The translations under genes and the position numbers were made by a program. Positions 60,871-64,000 of a stretch of 64,000 bases of DNA are shown here, one piece after another. The stretch is from Calditrichales bacterium (GTDB taxonomy: Bacteria > Calditrichota > Calditrichia > Calditrichales > J004): positions 1,664,141-1,728,140 of the forward strand of contig OZ254086.1 in the NCBI GenBank assembly GCA_965267575.1, given 5' to 3'. The stretch's first letter is position 1; each line of letters starts with the position of its first letter. The notes beneath the pieces were generated by a model. The model saw nothing but the letters and a program-made list of their open reading frames with translations, ran no database searches and was not told where the DNA came from.

Positions 60871-61812
60871 TCAGGAGGAACGTAAACGTGAGTATCTGTT
60901 CCAAACCCTTCTGAACTGCCTTACACTGCCAAAGCCGCACGCTTCTGCGACTTCCGTGATGTTGAGATTGGGGTCATCCATCAGCTCACGGGCCCGCTCC
61001 ATGCGCATACGCTGGGTAAATTCGCGGATTGTAATGCCGGTGCTTTGCTTAAACTGGCGCGTCAGGTGGCGCGGACTAACGTGCGCTAACTCGGCCAGGT
61101 CATCATTGCTGTGCTCGCGGTCCAGGTTCTGAACGATCCAGTCTTGCACGCGGTGTACGTTCAGGTTGATATGGTTACGAAAGTTCAGCAAAGGGCTGTG
61201 CTGGCTGCTGCCGGAATCACGACGAATATAAAGCACCATTTCGCGTGCCACCTTCAGCGTTATCCGCGGGCCGTAATCCTCTTCCAGGATCGAAAGGGCC
61301 AGGTCAATGCCCGAGGCAATCCCCGCGCTGCTGTAGATGTTCTCATCCTTTACAAAAAGTACATCCCGCACAACTTCGATCGCTGGAAACATTTGCTGTA
61401 ATTGATCAAAGCGTTCCCAGTGGGTGGTGCATTTTTTACCATCCAGCAAACCGGCATAAGCCGGAATGAGCGCGGCATTGCAAATGCTGCAAATCGACGC
61501 TTTTTTTGCAGCCTGGCACAGCCACTCAAAAAAGGGTTCGCCCAGGCTCTGCAGATAATGCATCGAAAAGTTCTGCGACGCTACGCCGGGAAGAAAAATG
61601 TAGTCGCCCTTTTGCGGCCGTATGGTATCAAACAGTGTGAGCTTGCTGCTTGTTAAGCCTTGTCCGGACGTGACTTCTTGTTCCAGCCCGGTAAAGTGTA
61701 TGCTGTATTGGGCGCCAAAGCGATTGGAACAATCAAACACTTGCAGCGGTCCGTTCAGGTCCAGCGCCTGGTAGCCGGGGAGCAGGACGAAATAGAGACT
61801 TTTCATAGGCAA
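60871..61812 (-). CDS. GlxA-type transcriptional regulator (DJ-1/PfpI-like domain + AraC HTH)
   Basis: 313 aa. The N-terminal GATase1-like region is (YFVLLPGYQALDLNGPLQVF...SICNAALIPA). The C-terminal AraC HTH is (LAELAHVSPRHLTRQFKQSTGITIREF...AEACGFGSVRQFRRVW). Confidence 0.85.
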   Translation of the reverse strand: MPMKSLYFVLLPGYQALDLNGPLQVFDCSNRFGAQYSIHFTGLEQEVTSGQGLTSSKLTLFDTIRPQKGDYIFLPGVASQNFSMHYLQSLGEPFFEWLCQAAKKASICSICNAALIPAYAGLLDGKKCTTHWERFDQLQQMFPAIEVVRDVLFVKDENIYSSAGIASGIDLALSILEEDYGPRITLKVAREMVLYIRRDSGSSQHSPLLNFRNHINLNVHRVQDWIVQNLDREHSNDDLAELAHVSPRHLTRQFKQSTGITIREFTQRMRMERARELMDDPNLNITEVAEACGFGSVRQFRRVWNRYSRLRSS

Positions 61813-61869
61813 TTAAGACAATCGACAAAACAGCCTTTATAACGCAGCGATGCGCGCGATGTTGCGCCG

Positions 61870-63609
61870 CTACTTAAGAAGCAGGCATTTGCGCGTTAGC
61901 GATGTACCTGTCGCCTCCAGCCGGTAATAGTAAACCCCGGAAGCGAGATCGCCTCCGTCGATTTTGAGAAAGTGTCTTCCGGCTTGCTGCGTTCCACGGA
62001 AAAGCGTTTTAATCTTTTGGCCGATCGTATTATACAGTGCGATTTCAATGTAACCGGGCCGGGGCAGATGGTAGCTGAACTGTGCTTTTCCGTTGAACGG
62101 ATTCGGCCGGGGCTGCTCCAGTTCGTAGCTTGCGGCAACGGCTAATTCGGTCGGACCATACATTGTGCGCTTGCCGCTGAAATCCACCTGCTCCAGCCAG
62201 TAAGTCAACTTTTCGGCAGGCGGCAGGTCCGGGTCCACAAACGCATAGTCAGCGCCGATACTGCTGTTTCCTTGCCCTTCTATCAGCCCTGATATAAGCT
62301 GCATGTTGGCGCCGCCGCCTGACCGGTATAAATAAAAGCCAAGATTGTCCTGCTCGGAGTGTGTGCGCCATTCTATCACGGCCCGCTCCCCGGCGGGATC
62401 ATATCGCGCCAAAAACGAAGCGGCGTCAAAAGAAACAGGCAGCGAAGCGTCATCCTGATTCCACTGGTAAGTAAGAAAACGCGGACGGTAGGTGTCGGCA
62501 TTGTCGTACAGTTCAAACACATCCGACGTGTTGACGTTGTAGCTGATGAGCATGTTGCCGTTATCGCTCAGATGGGGATGGGCCTTGGCGTTGTAGACGA
62601 ATCCGCCGGTGTACAACGTGTCCTCCGGGCATTCATACAAATAATGGACCGGATCAAAAGGACCGGTTACGTCGTCTGCGAAGCGCACGCAAACCCATGT
62701 ATCAAATTCAAACGTCGCCATAAAGCGCCCGTTGCTCAGCGGCGTCATGCTGAATTCCTGCGAGATGCTGTCGGTAATCACAGCGCAGTTTTCAATGCTG
62801 CTTTGCCAGCCGCCGCCATCCCAGAAGCGGTAGCTGGAGAAATTTTCGATGCTGTCCGCCGGTACGCGTGCCACCACCATCTGCTTTACCTGCAGCGGCC
62901 GGTTGCGTGGCCCGTAAATATAAATATAACCATCCGGATTGGGATTCCCGGATGCCGCAGTCATCGGCATAACAGCCTGGCCGATGACAATCTCATTATC
63001 CGAAGCATCTTTATAGTAAAGAGGCGCATCCACATGGGTGTAGTTAATAATATTGTTGCTAGCATCCAGCTCAAAGGAAATCAGCGTTACACCATTTGGT
63101 TCAAAGCCAAGAAAGCCGGGCGGGTCGAACAGCTTCAACCCATAAATATAAAAACGCCCGTTGATGTTGATGCCATCCATCGGCCAGATCCATTCGCCCG
63201 CGGCGGATTCCGGGGTGTCTGCTTCAAACAAAGCCTTCGGATCACCACTGCCATCGCTATCCCAGTAAAATGTCATCTCGTTAAACAGGGGCGACTTTGT
63301 GCTCAATATTCCGATCGTATTACGGATAAGAACGCTGTTTTGGCGGGCCTTGGTTTCGTCCACCTCGCCGATGAAGGTATCTCCAAACAAAAACATGGTG
63401 CTGTCATCGGCGGCACTTCCCGGCGCATCATAGCCGGAAAAGGGGATGGAATAAACCGCGTCACTGCCTGTCCAGCCGGAGTCGCGTTCAAACAGGGCGG
63501 TCCATTGCGGTTCAAGAGAAACATACGGACTGTTGCTTTGCGCGGTGACCGGCCCGCAAAAAATAAACAGGCAAAGCATAGCGGATAGCAGGGATTTAGG
63601 GAATGCCAT
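61870..63609 (-). CDS. secreted DUF4185/DUF5005-like putative glycoside hydrolase with T9SS CTD
   Basis: 579 aa. SGWTGSDAVYSIPF...TMFLFGDTFIG resembles the N-terminal DUF4185-type signature. The CTD is RPNPFNGKAQFSY...SGVYYYRL...RKCLLLK. Confidence 0.55.
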   Translation of the reverse strand: MAFPKSLLSAMLCLFIFCGPVTAQSNSPYVSLEPQWTALFERDSGWTGSDAVYSIPFSGYDAPGSAADDSTMFLFGDTFIGEVDETKARQNSVLIRNTIGILSTKSPLFNEMTFYWDSDGSGDPKALFEADTPESAAGEWIWPMDGININGRFYIYGLKLFDPPGFLGFEPNGVTLISFELDASNNIINYTHVDAPLYYKDASDNEIVIGQAVMPMTAASGNPNPDGYIYIYGPRNRPLQVKQMVVARVPADSIENFSSYRFWDGGGWQSSIENCAVITDSISQEFSMTPLSNGRFMATFEFDTWVCVRFADDVTGPFDPVHYLYECPEDTLYTGGFVYNAKAHPHLSDNGNMLISYNVNTSDVFELYDNADTYRPRFLTYQWNQDDASLPVSFDAASFLARYDPAGERAVIEWRTHSEQDNLGFYLYRSGGGANMQLISGLIEGQGNSSIGADYAFVDPDLPPAEKLTYWLEQVDFSGKRTMYGPTELAVAASYELEQPRPNPFNGKAQFSYHLPRPGYIEIALYNTIGQKIKTLFRGTQQAGRHFLKIDGGDLASGVYYYRLEATGTSLTRKCLLLK

Positions 63610-63612
63610 TTT

Positions 63613-64000
63613 TCACTTCATTGCTTTTACAAAGCGTTCGGTTATCAGCCAGGGACGCGTGATGGCCGAGCCAACAACCACCGCGTGAGCGCCGAGGTCC
63701 AGCGCCTGGCGCGCCTGCTCCGGCGTCCAGATGCGGCCTTCGGCAATGACCGGTATGTGCGGGGCGAATTCTTTTACACATTGCTGTAGTAATTCAAAAT
63801 CAGGCAGATTGTCTTTTGCACGTGCTTTGGTTTCTTCGGTGTAGCCCGACAAAGTGGTCCCGATCAGGTCAAACCCGAGTTTGGTTGCATGGCGGGCATC
63901 GTCAAGCGTGGCAATATCGGCCATGAGCAGGGCGGGTGTGCTGGCGCGCAGTTTGGCTATCATCGCAGACAGATCGGCATTTTCGGGTCGCACGCGCCTC
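63613..64000 (-). CDS. nanE: N-acetylmannosamine-6-phosphate 2-epimerase, C-terminal part (5' end outside the window)
   Basis: ADIATLDDARHATKLGFDLIGTTLSGYTEET...PVIAEGRIWTPEQARQALDLGAHAVVVGSAITRP is the NanE C-terminal half. Its stop lies 3 nt before the next gene start. Confidence 0.8.
   Translation of the reverse strand, partial: RRVRPENADLSAMIAKLRASTPALLMADIATLDDARHATKLGFDLIGTTLSGYTEETKARAKDNLPDFELLQQCVKEFAPHIPVIAEGRIWTPEQARQALDLGAHAVVVGSAITRPWLITERFVKAMK

Overview
Analysis by eye only, using the sequence and the ORF track; no database searches were run and no statistics computed. The window looks like a gene-dense bacterial chromosome segment with about 45 supported CDS. I recognised no rRNA, tRNA, CRISPR array, transposase or integrase. 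The content points to a T9SS-bearing member of the FCB (Bacteroidota-related) superphylum. Six secreted proteins end in a Por/T9SS-type C-terminal sorting domain (NYPNPFN...GxYFYRL...K-hLLhK). There is also a PorV/PorQ-like protein and a TonB-dependent receptor with a CarboxypepD_reg-type N-terminus. Layout: (1) 0-21 kb holds housekeeping and signalling genes: dps, a BNR/sortilin-like protein, a REC-HK-REC / giant PAS-GAF kinase / REC-REC cluster, an HD (SpoT-type) hydrolase plus AlkA-like glycosylase, a PIG-L deacetylase plus Na+/solute symporter, and trhO. (2) 22-26 kb holds a GAF-PP2C phosphatase, an ECF sigma, a ZAS anti-sigma and a beta-helix repeat protein. (3) 26-64 kb is a glycan- and envelope-oriented region. 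It contains GH38, three GHL10 (DUF187) paralogues, an FAD oxidoreductase, an HGSNAT-like (DUF5009) acyltransferase, a permease plus orphan HyuA-like protein, a DUF4185-like protein and nanE. It also contains a tightly packed five-gene outer-membrane operon (TBDR, CTD protein, PorV-like protein, two small beta-barrels), a porin / half-PBP / poly-HAMP MCP operon, and a split YeeE/YedE sulfur-transport pair. Signals not explained by the gene calls: (a) A modular upstream element runs straight into the ATG of three SD-less genes; it has GATC motifs in 6-nt register followed by tandem TTAACAC-like octamers. Two copies lie in inverted orientation and bracket the permease/HyuA cassette. (b) A REP-like bulged hairpin repeat occurs five times and shows compensatory substitutions. 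(c) The SusD-less TBDR/CTD/PorV-like operon may be an undescribed outer-membrane uptake or surface-display module. All functional statements rest on motif-level recognition and need homology searches to confirm.
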